Source of the DNA: an uncultured virus (IMG/VR IMGVR_UViG_3300027785_000021)
Lineage: Duplodnaviria; Heunggongvirae; Uroviricota; Caudoviricetes
IMG/VR virus record: IMGVR_UViG_3300027785_000021
Location: 58,615 to 78,614 of that record
Reading direction: 5' to 3' (one strand)
Length of the DNA stretch: 20,000 bases
The position numbers and the translations under genes were made by a program. The notes below the pieces were generated by a model. The model did no database searches. It had not been told where the DNA came from and worked only from the letters and a program-made list of their open reading frames with translations. Positions 1 to 6,548 of this stretch are shown piece by piece (the first letter of the stretch is position 1; each line of letters starts with the position of its first letter).

Positions 1-153
1 GTCAGTTTTAGCAAACACACTTTTATCAATAGAAACTCTGTTCTTATTGATTAGCGTGCTCAACTCCTGACGTAAGTTGTTGGAAGCGTTAGATGCATCA
101 GACTTTGGTACAAGCTTAGCACTACCTCTAGTGGCATTGTTTGAATTCTGCAT
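1..153 (-). CDS. Hypothetical phage protein, partial (runs off the left edge)
   Basis: ATG at 153 after an AT-rich leader; open for 51 codons to the edge (MQNSNNATRGSAKLVPKSDASNASNNLRQELSTLINKNRVSIDKSVFAKTD); same strand as neighbours. Confidence 0.6.
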   Translation of the reverse strand, partial: MQNSNNATRGSAKLVPKSDASNASNNLRQELSTLINKNRVSIDKSVFAKTD

Positions 154-182
154 ATGTTATAATTAAAAAAATGAATACTAAT

Positions 183-437
183 TTATAGATTGTCTAGCGT
201 AATCAAGCTGTCAAGTTCAGAATATTTACCTGAATACACATTTTTGCTATCAACACCTTCTACCCAGATACTATCTTCTGATACTTCCAGGTAGTATTCA
301 ATATCAATATTGCCACCAATTTTTACATCTTCAAATCTTTTAGCAGGATCAGCATTGTATACAGCTCCTATAAATAGTCCTGTTCCAAATGCTAATACTA
401 CTGATGCAATTGCCCACTTTAAATTTTCTCTTTTCAT
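183..437 (-). CDS. Small membrane-anchored hypothetical protein (84 aa)
   Basis: Basic N-terminus followed by a hydrophobic segment (WAIASVVLAFGTGLFIGAVY); A-rich leader. Confidence 0.75.
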   Translation of the reverse strand: MKRENLKWAIASVVLAFGTGLFIGAVYNADPAKRFEDVKIGGNIDIEYYLEVSEDSIWVEGVDSKNVYSGKYSELDSLITLDNL

Positions 438-468
438 TTGTTTTATTATTGGTTATTAAATTTCTGAT

Positions 469-502
469 AAAAAAAAAGGAGGAATGTATTACACACTCCT
501 CC
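469..502 (-). terminator. Rho-independent terminator
   Basis: Minus strand GGAGGAGUGU-GUAAU-ACAUUCCUCC followed by U9, just downstream of the 525..815 gene. Confidence 0.85.
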
Positions 503-524
503 TCCTTGCTTTAACTTCCCACGG

Positions 525-815
525 TTATTGCATTATTTCTCTAAGAGGTAACTCACTGACTTCTTTCATCACTTTGGTCACGTCTCCTGGTGTCAAATAA
601 CCTATAACATCACAAGTAATAGGTGTATCATACACAAGGGTAGACTCTTTGTCTTTAGGTCCCATGTGTATTACTGCAAGTTCATACAAACCTTCCTTAC
701 CACCCTTAGTGTATTCTCCACGTATAACAGACACACCATAGTGGTTGTCAAAAAGATGATGAGAATATTCACCCATCCACTCATTGTTTTCAAATTTCAA
801 GTCTTCAAATGTCAT
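525..815 (-). CDS. Conserved phage hypothetical protein (96 aa)
   Basis: Pattern F.N.YG.SV...Y..GG..GLYELAV...YDTPIT.DV.G.L resembles a small uncharacterised protein common in phages (recognised from memory). Confidence 0.8.
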   Translation of the reverse strand: MTFEDLKFENNEWMGEYSHHLFDNHYGVSVIRGEYTKGGKEGLYELAVIHMGPKDKESTLVYDTPITCDVIGYLTPGDVTKVMKEVSELPLREIMQ

Positions 816-844
816 ATTTTTGATTTATAAGTTACTATTTTGTA

Positions 845-946
845 GATCCCCTCTGTACTCAGTTGTAACCTATAGGTAGTATGTGTTATATACATACATC
901 TAATTTCGATTACAACTGCCTGACCTTGGGAATCAGGAATGGTACA
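845..946 (-). ncRNA. Candidate structured RNA: three-way junction with pseudoknot
   Basis: Stems 854-858/942-946, 860-868/910-918 (9 bp perfect), 919-923/933-937, 879-884/892-897. Loop UUCCC can pair with the 3' GGGGA; that pairing has G-U on the minus strand but a C-A mismatch on plus. Confidence 0.5.
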
Positions 947-948
947 TT

Positions 949-980
949 AAAAATAGACTACCCTACTAGAGAGTAGTCTA
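949..980 (-). terminator. Rho-independent terminator
   Basis: Minus strand UAGACUACUCU-CUAGU-AGGGUAGUCUA followed by U5. Confidence 0.75.
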
Positions 981-1169
981 TAACACAGTTTGTTATGAGC
1001 ACTGTATAAGCTGTTAGCTTTTTGAGCTGTTATCCATAGCTTGGAGAAAACATCAGTTAGTTCACTATTACCACCACAGTAATATCACCTAACCTAGTTT
1101 TTTTCTTTGTTTGACTGTTGGTTAGACAGCTTAAGGGAATAAAAGAAGCTATATTAAAATCCCTTTTCG

Positions 1170-1290
1170 TACTCTCACAAGGTTGCAACCCTTGACTTAA
1201 TTTTCCATACCACTGATGGTGTGCAAGTTACTGCCAATATAAATTGTATTCTTTATACACCTCTTCAGGTGTCCTGCTTGGATGAGAGTA
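1170..1290. ncRNA. Candidate structured RNA with tRNA-like acceptor/T-arm geometry
   Basis: 8-bp closing stem 1170-1177/1283-1290 directly abutting a 5-bp stem with 7-nt loop (1178-1194); further hairpins at 1206-1223 and 1257-1272. Confidence 0.4.
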
Positions 1291-1431
1291 ATAGGTTGTT
1301 TCAGTAGTTCCACAAGGGAACTTAACGCATACGCCATGAGTATCTAAACTCTGAGGGCAACAACAATGTATACTTAAATCAGGACTCTTACCTGCAAATC
1401 CCTACATAGTCAATAGGAATGGCTTTCTCAT

Positions 1432-1453
1432 AAAAAACTGACTTGCAAATCAG
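1432..1453 (-). terminator. Rho-independent terminator
   Basis: Minus strand CUGAUU-UGCA-AGUCAG followed by U6, downstream of 1482..1703. Confidence 0.6.
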
Positions 1454-1481
1454 AATAATATGATAAGAAAAAAGGGAGAAC

Positions 1482-1703
1482 TTAATCTCCCATATCAACA
1501 GAGTACGCAATCCTTTTAACAGGATCAACATATAGACAGGATGAACCTGACCTATTACTAAATGCTTTCTCATAATTACCCTTAGGAAGAGTAATACCAG
1601 AGTTAAGCCAACCAAGCCAATTAACTCCTTGTGCTAACATATGTTGTTTAGCTTCTTCATAGGAGTAATACTTATCAATGGTAACTAATAGAATGTTTGT
1701 CAT
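1482..1703 (-). CDS. Hypothetical phage protein (73 aa)
   Basis: ATG start, protein-like composition, followed by a terminator. Confidence 0.7.
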   Translation of the reverse strand: MTNILLVTIDKYYSYEEAKQHMLAQGVNWLGWLNSGITLPKGNYEKAFSNRSGSSCLYVDPVKRIAYSVDMGD

Positions 1704-1773
1704 AGACGTGGGTTTTAATGTGGTTAATAGCTATATAGTACGTAAATTCATTGTGTTATTGTGGCAAAAAACT

Positions 1774-1820
1774 AAAAGCAAAGAAAGGTATAGTGAGGGA
1801 CTGATCCCCCACTCTTACCT
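1774..1820 (-). terminator. Rho-independent terminator
   Basis: Minus strand AGUGGGGGA-UCAG-UCCCUCACU (extendable by AGGUA/UACCU) followed by a U-rich tract, downstream of 1844..2341. Confidence 0.7.
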
Positions 1821-1843
1821 CCTCTAAATCAGGTAGTTACTTG

Positions 1844-2341
1844 TTATTCACCACCTGGCAACATGCCTTTACCACTCTCAAGTGCTTTAGACGCGCTAAC
1901 CTCTGCTTGATTATCGTGAGAAACATTCACATCATGCAATTGATCAGCAGTATCCCACTTAACAAAGCGTAAAATACGTTCTCCATTGCTTGTCAACGCA
2001 GGACCATCAGCACCAGCACGCTTGATATAACTATCAATAGCCTCCTCATAGCTTACGTCATCACGCAGAAACTCCTTAGCTACATCAGCAGGTACTTGAG
2101 ATTCTAGGAACTCAAGGGCTACCAATTTACCAGCTACTTGCAAACCTTTACAAGAGCTTACGAACTGCTCAAGCGTAGCAGTCTTACCGCGTAATAAGCA
2201 CGTGCGCTTAACTTCGCGAATCCATCCAGCGGTCATTACAATAGCACTTTGCTCTAATTGCACATAACCAAAATCAGCGTTTGAATCATACGCTGTCACT
2301 ACAGATCCCTTCTTTCCAGGGACAATTCTTACATTACTCAT
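1844..2341 (-). CDS. Hypothetical protein (165 aa), paralogue of 3445..3936
   Basis: Shared blocks GWIR..KRTCL.RG, PADVAK..LRDDV, KRAG.DG, RI.RF, SHDN.AEV.ASKA. Confidence 0.9.
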   Translation of the reverse strand: MSNVRIVPGKKGSVVTAYDSNADFGYVQLEQSAIVMTAGWIREVKRTCLLRGKTATLEQFVSSCKGLQVAGKLVALEFLESQVPADVAKEFLRDDVSYEEAIDSYIKRAGADGPALTSNGERILRFVKWDTADQLHDVNVSHDNQAEVSASKALESGKGMLPGGE

Positions 2342-2373
2342 ACATCAAGAGTTTAAATTTATACTGAGTTCAA

Positions 2374-2389
2374 TGGGGGTTGCTGTATT
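2374..2389 (-). promoter_or_regulatory. Repeated upstream box TGGGGGTTGCTGTATT (minus: AATACAGCAACCCCCA), copy 1
   Basis: Exact 16-bp match to 4027-4042; lies 33 bp upstream of the 2341 start. Confidence 0.55.
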
Positions 2390-2604
2390 GGACAGATCAA
2401 CGTGTTGTACACCATTCCCCATGGGTTGTTTATTACCTTTCATCACCCTGGGGAAAAAACTGCATGCGTATCGTATGTCAACCTACATTCCACCATTCAT
2501 CTCCACCAAGAGGACAAAAAACTGCACAACTTGACGCAACGTGTGACAGAGTGTACTCCATCATCTATGCATCGTGTGTGCAGTTTGTCCCCAATGGGTG
2601 GTTA

Positions 2605-2844
2605 TTAGTAGCTCATGGGTTCCCCCATCTGGTTCTCCATTGAAGCTACATCAGCATCAATAGCTTTTTGCAAATGATGGCTTAATAATTCAAGAGCAAC
2701 TGTTGCACCTGCTAGTCTTTCAAAGCTTAGTTTTTTACTAAGTACTGAATAGCCACTAGCATCAATAGCTTTCTTGTCTTTATTAAGTTGATCAATTCTT
2801 GCATCAATCATAGCTACAACATCAATCAAAGTTCCTTTGTCCAT
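2605..2844 (-). CDS. Hypothetical helical protein (79 aa)
   Basis: More likely start MDKGTLID at 2844 (A-rich leader) than the 2907 start in the track; amphipathic helical sequence. Confidence 0.7.
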   Translation of the reverse strand: MDKGTLIDVVAMIDARIDQLNKDKKAIDASGYSVLSKKLSFERLAGATVALELLSHHLQKAIDADVASMENQMGEPMSY

Positions 2845-3045
2845 AATACATAGTTTTAAAATACAGGGTGAGATACAGCACCCTGTTAACTGTTTATTTT
2901 GAGCCAAGCATTGGCATTAGCATACACGCCCAGAAGACGCACATGAATCCAACTGCTTGAAGCATGTGAGAGCCAAAGCTCATCAGCAAGCCACTAAATA
3001 CCCCTAGACATAACACTGCCCAGAGGTATAAGATTACTGTCTTTG

Positions 3046-3378
3046 TCATACCTTGCCATAGTTTTTAAGGGTGACAGAAACAGACTCAGATAGTTCAGAG
3101 TCATGTACCTCAGTGAACTTGCTTCTACATAGTAGAACAAACTCACGTGGATGACTCTTGTGTTTTGGATTAGTAACCCAGCACACATTCAGATTCAGGT
3201 GTAGACCTGATACTGTGGAGGCAAGAGGAATGACAACATAGCGTCCATTCTTCATATTGCCAATAGCGTATCTAACGCCATCTGACTCCTCATGCAGAAA
3301 CATATTTTGTATCTGCTTATCTTTCATGAACTCTGCAAGAGGTTGTGAGTCCATGAATGTAAAATTGTACTTACACAT
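3046..3378 (-). CDS. Hypothetical protein (110 aa)
   Basis: ATG preceded by an A-rich leader (TTTAAAACAAATTACT); co-oriented with neighbours. Confidence 0.65.
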   Translation of the reverse strand: MCKYNFTFMDSQPLAEFMKDKQIQNMFLHEESDGVRYAIGNMKNGRYVVIPLASTVSGLHLNLNVCWVTNPKHKSHPREFVLLCRSKFTEVHDSELSESVSVTLKNYGKV

Positions 3379-3397
3379 AGTAATTTGTTTTAAAGAT

Positions 3398-3434
3398 TAA
3401 TAAAAGAGAAGCACGCCTATTTGACGTGCCTCTC
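3398..3434 (-). terminator. Rho-independent terminator
   Basis: Minus strand GAGAGGCACGUC-AAAUA-GGCGUGCUUCUC followed by UUUUAUU, immediately after the 3445 stop. Confidence 0.8.
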
Positions 3435-3444
3435 ATAGGACTGT

Positions 3445-3936
3445 TTAGAATGGTGCGTCCTCTTTCTTAACACCACCTGCTTTGGAAGCAGTCACCTCAG
3501 CGACATTGTCATGAGAGATGGTCATGTCAGTAATGATAGCAGCGCCATCATACTCACAGAATCTCACAATGCGTTTGCCACCTCTAGTGAGTAGCACGCC
3601 ATCCTGACCTGCGCGTTTAACATATGGCTCAATAGCCTCGTCAAACGTCACGTCATCACGCAAGTTGGCTTTAGCCACATCTGCAGGAATTTCATCCTCC
3701 AAATACTCGCGCACTGCAATGCGTCCTGGAAGAGACTTGGTTGCAGCGACCAATTTCTCCAAACGCTCAACTGTACCTCTCATGAGGCAGGTGCGTTTAG
3801 AATCACGTATCCAACCGCCATCAAAGACAGTAGCTACGGTTTCCAGAACAATGTATCCATACTCCTTGTTAGTAGCATAGACGTTAACTAATACTCCCTT
3901 AGTATTAGCTTTGATAGTTACAGCGTTTGTTGCCAT
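3445..3936 (-). CDS. Hypothetical protein (163 aa), paralogue of 1844..2341; SSB-like acidic-PF tail
   Basis: Start reassigned to MATNAV at 3936 by alignment with the paralogue; C-terminus KKEDAPF. Confidence 0.9.
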   Translation of the reverse strand: MATNAVTIKANTKGVLVNVYATNKEYGYIVLETVATVFDGGWIRDSKRTCLMRGTVERLEKLVAATKSLPGRIAVREYLEDEIPADVAKANLRDDVTFDEAIEPYVKRAGQDGVLLTRGGKRIVRFCEYDGAAIITDMTISHDNVAEVTASKAGGVKKEDAPF

Positions 3937-3948
3937 AATCGTGGGAAT

Positions 3949-4018
3949 GGTTGACCTGCACCAAAAGGTTAAATTAAAATTGTGTACTATAATTCTAAAG
4001 GCCATAGTACGTATGCCT
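3949..4018 (-). repeat. Leader repeat copy A with covarying hairpin
   Basis: Imperfect ~70-bp direct repeat of 4314-4387; stem 3984-3990/4004-4010, loop AATTCTAAAGGCC. Confidence 0.8.
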
Positions 4019-4026
4019 GAATATCT

Positions 4027-4042
4027 TGGGGGTTGCTGTATT
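4027..4042 (-). promoter_or_regulatory. Repeated upstream box TGGGGGTTGCTGTATT, copy 2
   Basis: Exact match to 2374-2389; 4021-4042 also matches 4621-4642 at 19/22. Confidence 0.55.
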
Positions 4043-4044
4043 TG

Positions 4045-4302
4045 TTAGATAACTTGTATCCACTCTACATCACCATGCTTGTCATACTGCAATTCAGCAT
4101 TGCGCAGGTAGTGAAACTCCTTGCCATCAATTCTGCTCTTGAATGTTGGAGTAGAACTGATGAGTCTTTCAAGGATGTCTATTGAACCTTTGATCTGCAT
4201 CGTAAGTGAGTTACTTAAGTCATGTAACTCTAGAATGCCATAGGCCTTATCATCAGTGATGTGATCAAGGACTACTGTTGGGTTTGTGATTATAACTCGC
4301 AT
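4045..4302 (-). CDS. Hypothetical protein (85 aa)
   Basis: Start MRVIITNP at 4302 sits at essentially the same distance from the leader repeat as the 3936 start. Confidence 0.7.
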   Translation of the reverse strand: MRVIITNPTVVLDHITDDKAYGILELHDLSNSLTMQIKGSIDILERLISSTPTFKSRIDGKEFHYLRNAELQYDKHGDVEWIQVI

Positions 4303-4313
4303 AACATAGGTGT

Positions 4314-4387
4314 GGTTGACCTGAAGTACCACAAGGTTCTAAATTAAAATGTGCATTGTAATTCTAATGGCCACAATGCTAATGCCT
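4314..4387 (-). repeat. Leader repeat copy B with covarying hairpin
   Basis: Stem 4353-4359/4373-4379, loop AATTCTAATGGCC. Confidence 0.8.
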
Positions 4388-4620
4388 ATCATGAGTAATC
4401 ATGTACGTAAGAGAGTAGGACAACAGTTAATAGAGTATCACAGAGAGATGATTAGTCTCCCTGTGGCTCGTCCTGCGCAGGCACTTGGCATCCCACCAAG
4501 TCTTTGAAATCACATGCAGTTGTTTCTGTAGTAAGCGTATGCTTCTGACAGAGACAATGCAATGATTTGTACTCCTGCAATGTAGTATGTTTTGTACATT
4601 GTATAGGTTTTTTGTCCTGG

Positions 4621-4666
4621 ATATCATGGGGGGTGCTGTGTTCTGGCGTGGACTGGGGGAGCTGTA
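4621..4666 (-). promoter_or_regulatory. Degenerate copies 3 and 4 of the G5-GCTGT box
   Basis: ATATCATGGGGGGTGCTGTGTT (4621-4642) and TGGGGGAGCTGTA (4654-4666). Confidence 0.4.
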
Positions 4667-4776
4667 GCATAGACAGTACCCATAATCTCTTCCTCAGAGA
4701 AATTTCAGTACTTGAAAAATTTTTATATAGAAATTTTTTTTTGTAACTTATAGTGTAAACATAAACACATTGCGCA

Positions 4777-5682
4777 ATGAAAACACAAAAAATTAACTTA
4801 ATTAATGTAGACTTCTCTGGGTTTTCTGCTACTGAAGCAGATCGTAGAGATGGTGCAGTTGGCCACGTAAACTATGCGTTGTCACAAATTGATTTAGCTA
4901 CTGGTATTGACACAGATTATAATGCTCGTGGTAGAGTATTATTTAACATCTTAGGACAAGCTTCTAATAACGATGGTATTAATAGTGGTAGTTCTCTTGT
5001 TATTGGTCAGAAGTATATTATTGACTATTTAGAAGAAGGTGATGATTTTACTAATGTAGGTGCTGCTGAGAATGCTGTTGGGGTAGTGTTCACTGCTACT
5101 GGTGAAACTCCTGACGTTTGGAATGGAAGCGTTTTACATGAAAACTTATCCAAAGATATTAGTGATATTGTTAGGAAGTATAGTGATGCAGAATTTTACA
5201 AATGGGTATTTCTTGCAGATAGTGCACTTGCAAGTTTTAATAAAGGATTTGAATATATTGGTGGACCATCTGTGCTTACAGGTGATGACATGTTTGATTA
5301 TATTTCTGTTGATCCTGAGCTTGTTACTGAAAATGTAGAATATTACTATGGAAATATAACTCTACTTAACATGGATACTAGAATTTATGATTCTACATTT
5401 CCAGTACTTAATTTTAGTACGTATACAGATCTTGAGATGGATCAATCATTTCTTGTATTAGAAGGTGTTGATTTTAGAAATTACACAGTATGGTCATCTC
5501 CATTGGCAGGGGTTTATCGTAGCCTTGATGCAGGTTCAGCATACTTGTCAGAATTTGTTAATTCAGAAGATGGTAAAATTTACATTCCTGTAGTTGATAC
5601 AAAGATAGGATTGAGATTTGACTTTGAGATTCGCTTGTATGACTATGTGGCGCCAGTTCCTGTAGTTGATGTTGATAGGTAA
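4777..5682 (+). CDS. Putative virion structural/fibre-type protein (301 aa, acidic)
   Basis: Long ORF containing G.KY.I...GDDFTNVGA..N.VG..F.ATG, a motif type seen in phage virion fibre proteins (from memory). Confidence 0.55.
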   Translation: MKTQKINLINVDFSGFSATEADRRDGAVGHVNYALSQIDLATGIDTDYNARGRVLFNILGQASNNDGINSGSSLVIGQKYIIDYLEEGDDFTNVGAAENAVGVVFTATGETPDVWNGSVLHENLSKDISDIVRKYSDAEFYKWVFLADSALASFNKGFEYIGGPSVLTGDDMFDYISVDPELVTENVEYYYGNITLLNMDTRIYDSTFPVLNFSTYTDLEMDQSFLVLEGVDFRNYTVWSSPLAGVYRSLDAGSAYLSEFVNSEDGKIYIPVVDTKIGLRFDFEIRLYDYVAPVPVVDVDR

Positions 5683-5699
5683 TTTACTCTAGAAAGAGG

Positions 5700-5734
5700 A
5701 AAGGGGGTAGTTGCTGATGCTACCCCTTTTTTTT
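5700..5734 (+). terminator. Rho-independent terminator between convergent genes (possibly bidirectional)
   Basis: GGGGUAGU-UGCUGAU-GCUACCCC followed by U8; purine/A-rich on the 5' side. Confidence 0.85.
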
Positions 5735-6227
5735 ATGACCAGTGGTTATTAGGTTTTTCCCAATAGAATTCTAGTTCGCGATCTGAGTGTTTGTAGTATC
5801 TTCCTACTACATCTGATTTATAGATACTATCTATGTTTTCAAACAATGCCGCTGTGTAGTAATCTATACCAGCCACTTCTAAGCATTCTGTGATCCATGT
5901 ATAGTTCTTACCAGTAATCACACCTGCTTCTATGAGGATTACGTTTTTGTATTTTTGAAATTTACGAATACCCATAGAGCTTGTTTGATCTAGCATTTGC
6001 TTTATGTAAATGTTTTTGTCCTCATCTGGGTATGGTACGTCAATGAAGGTTATATCTAGCATTTCACCATCTTTACTCAAATGATGTGCTGCATGCATTC
6101 CTACTGTTGCGCTGTAATCTGGACTTACTATGACTACAAGTGTATTACTTGGGTGGGTGTCAAGTTTTTCTAAACCTCTACAAAAAGATTTGAGTACTGT
6201 CCATTCTAAATCACGTGATACATACAT
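5733..6227 (-). CDS. Phosphoribosyltransferase (type I PRTase)-like protein
   Basis: KNVILIEAGVITGKNY resembles the PRPP-binding loop (hhhhDDhhxTGxT); alpha/beta pattern; ends EFYWE like the F/YPWE ending of purine PRTases. Confidence 0.55.
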   Translation of the reverse strand: MYVSRDLEWTVLKSFCRGLEKLDTHPSNTLVVIVSPDYSATVGMHAAHHLSKDGEMLDITFIDVPYPDEDKNIYIKQMLDQTSSMGIRKFQKYKNVILIEAGVITGKNYTWITECLEVAGIDYYTAALFENIDSIYKSDVVGRYYKHSDRELEFYWEKPNNHWS

Positions 6228-6256
6228 ATTAATAGTTTTGATAAAGATAATATAAA

Positions 6257-6287
6257 TTTGTTTAGTTTAAACTTTTAAGTATATTTG
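6257..6287 (+). promoter_or_regulatory. Bacteroidota housekeeping-sigma promoter (-33 TTTG / -7 TAnnTTTG)
   Basis: TTTG 6257-6260, 19-bp spacer, TATATTTG 6280-6287, 22 bp before the ATG at 6310; spacer contains the palindrome AGTTTAAACT. Confidence 0.75.
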
Positions 6288-6309
6288 TCAAAACTTTAAT
6301 AAAATTTTT

Positions 6310-6537
6310 ATGGTAGAAGAAGAAACAAAAGATGTATCACGCGAAGATGTAGTAGCTTGGTACAAAGACCAACTTGAATTGGCAACGTTGCGTGCTGATC
6401 TTGCAGAGCAACAAGCACGTGCGACAGGTTATGAGTCACAACGTTTGCAACACATGGTGATGATTGCTAACATTAAAACAGCTAGTGAGAACATTGCTGA
6501 AGAAGAAGATGAATCACCAGAAAATATTAAATCTTAA
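6310..6537 (+). CDS. Small coiled-coil hypothetical protein (75 aa)
   Basis: First gene after the promoter; heptad-like helix and acidic tail. Confidence 0.8.
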   Translation: MVEEETKDVSREDVVAWYKDQLELATLRADLAEQQARATGYESQRLQHMVMIANIKTASENIAEEEDESPENIKS

Positions 6538-6548
6538 AAGTTTAAAGT

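Noticed and set aside
816..1480. Canonical tRNA or tmRNA genes
   Set aside because: No cloverleaf with D-arm, anticodon arm and TTCRA loop found by eye on either strand.
1388..1615. ORF 1388..1615 and other shadow ORFs (e.g. 2994..3188, 3665..3880, 6827..7138, 9199..9651, 14287..14670, 14835..15254)
   Set aside because: They overlap better-supported genes in another frame or on the opposite strand.
2380..2643. Plus-strand ORFs 2380..2643 and 2402..2608
   Set aside because: Non-ATG starts, opposite to all neighbours, atypical composition, overlapping regulatory repeats.
2374..4666. CRISPR array or mini-array from the repeated boxes; Cas4 role for 8249..9094
   Set aside because: Repeats are hundreds of bp apart and separated by genes, not regular spacers; the nuclease lacks the Cas4 four-cysteine arrangement and no cas genes are present.
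4427..4670. Minus-strand ORFs 4427..4627 and 4452..4670
   Set aside because: Mutually overlapping, non-protein-like composition, no A-rich leader; cannot be fully excluded.
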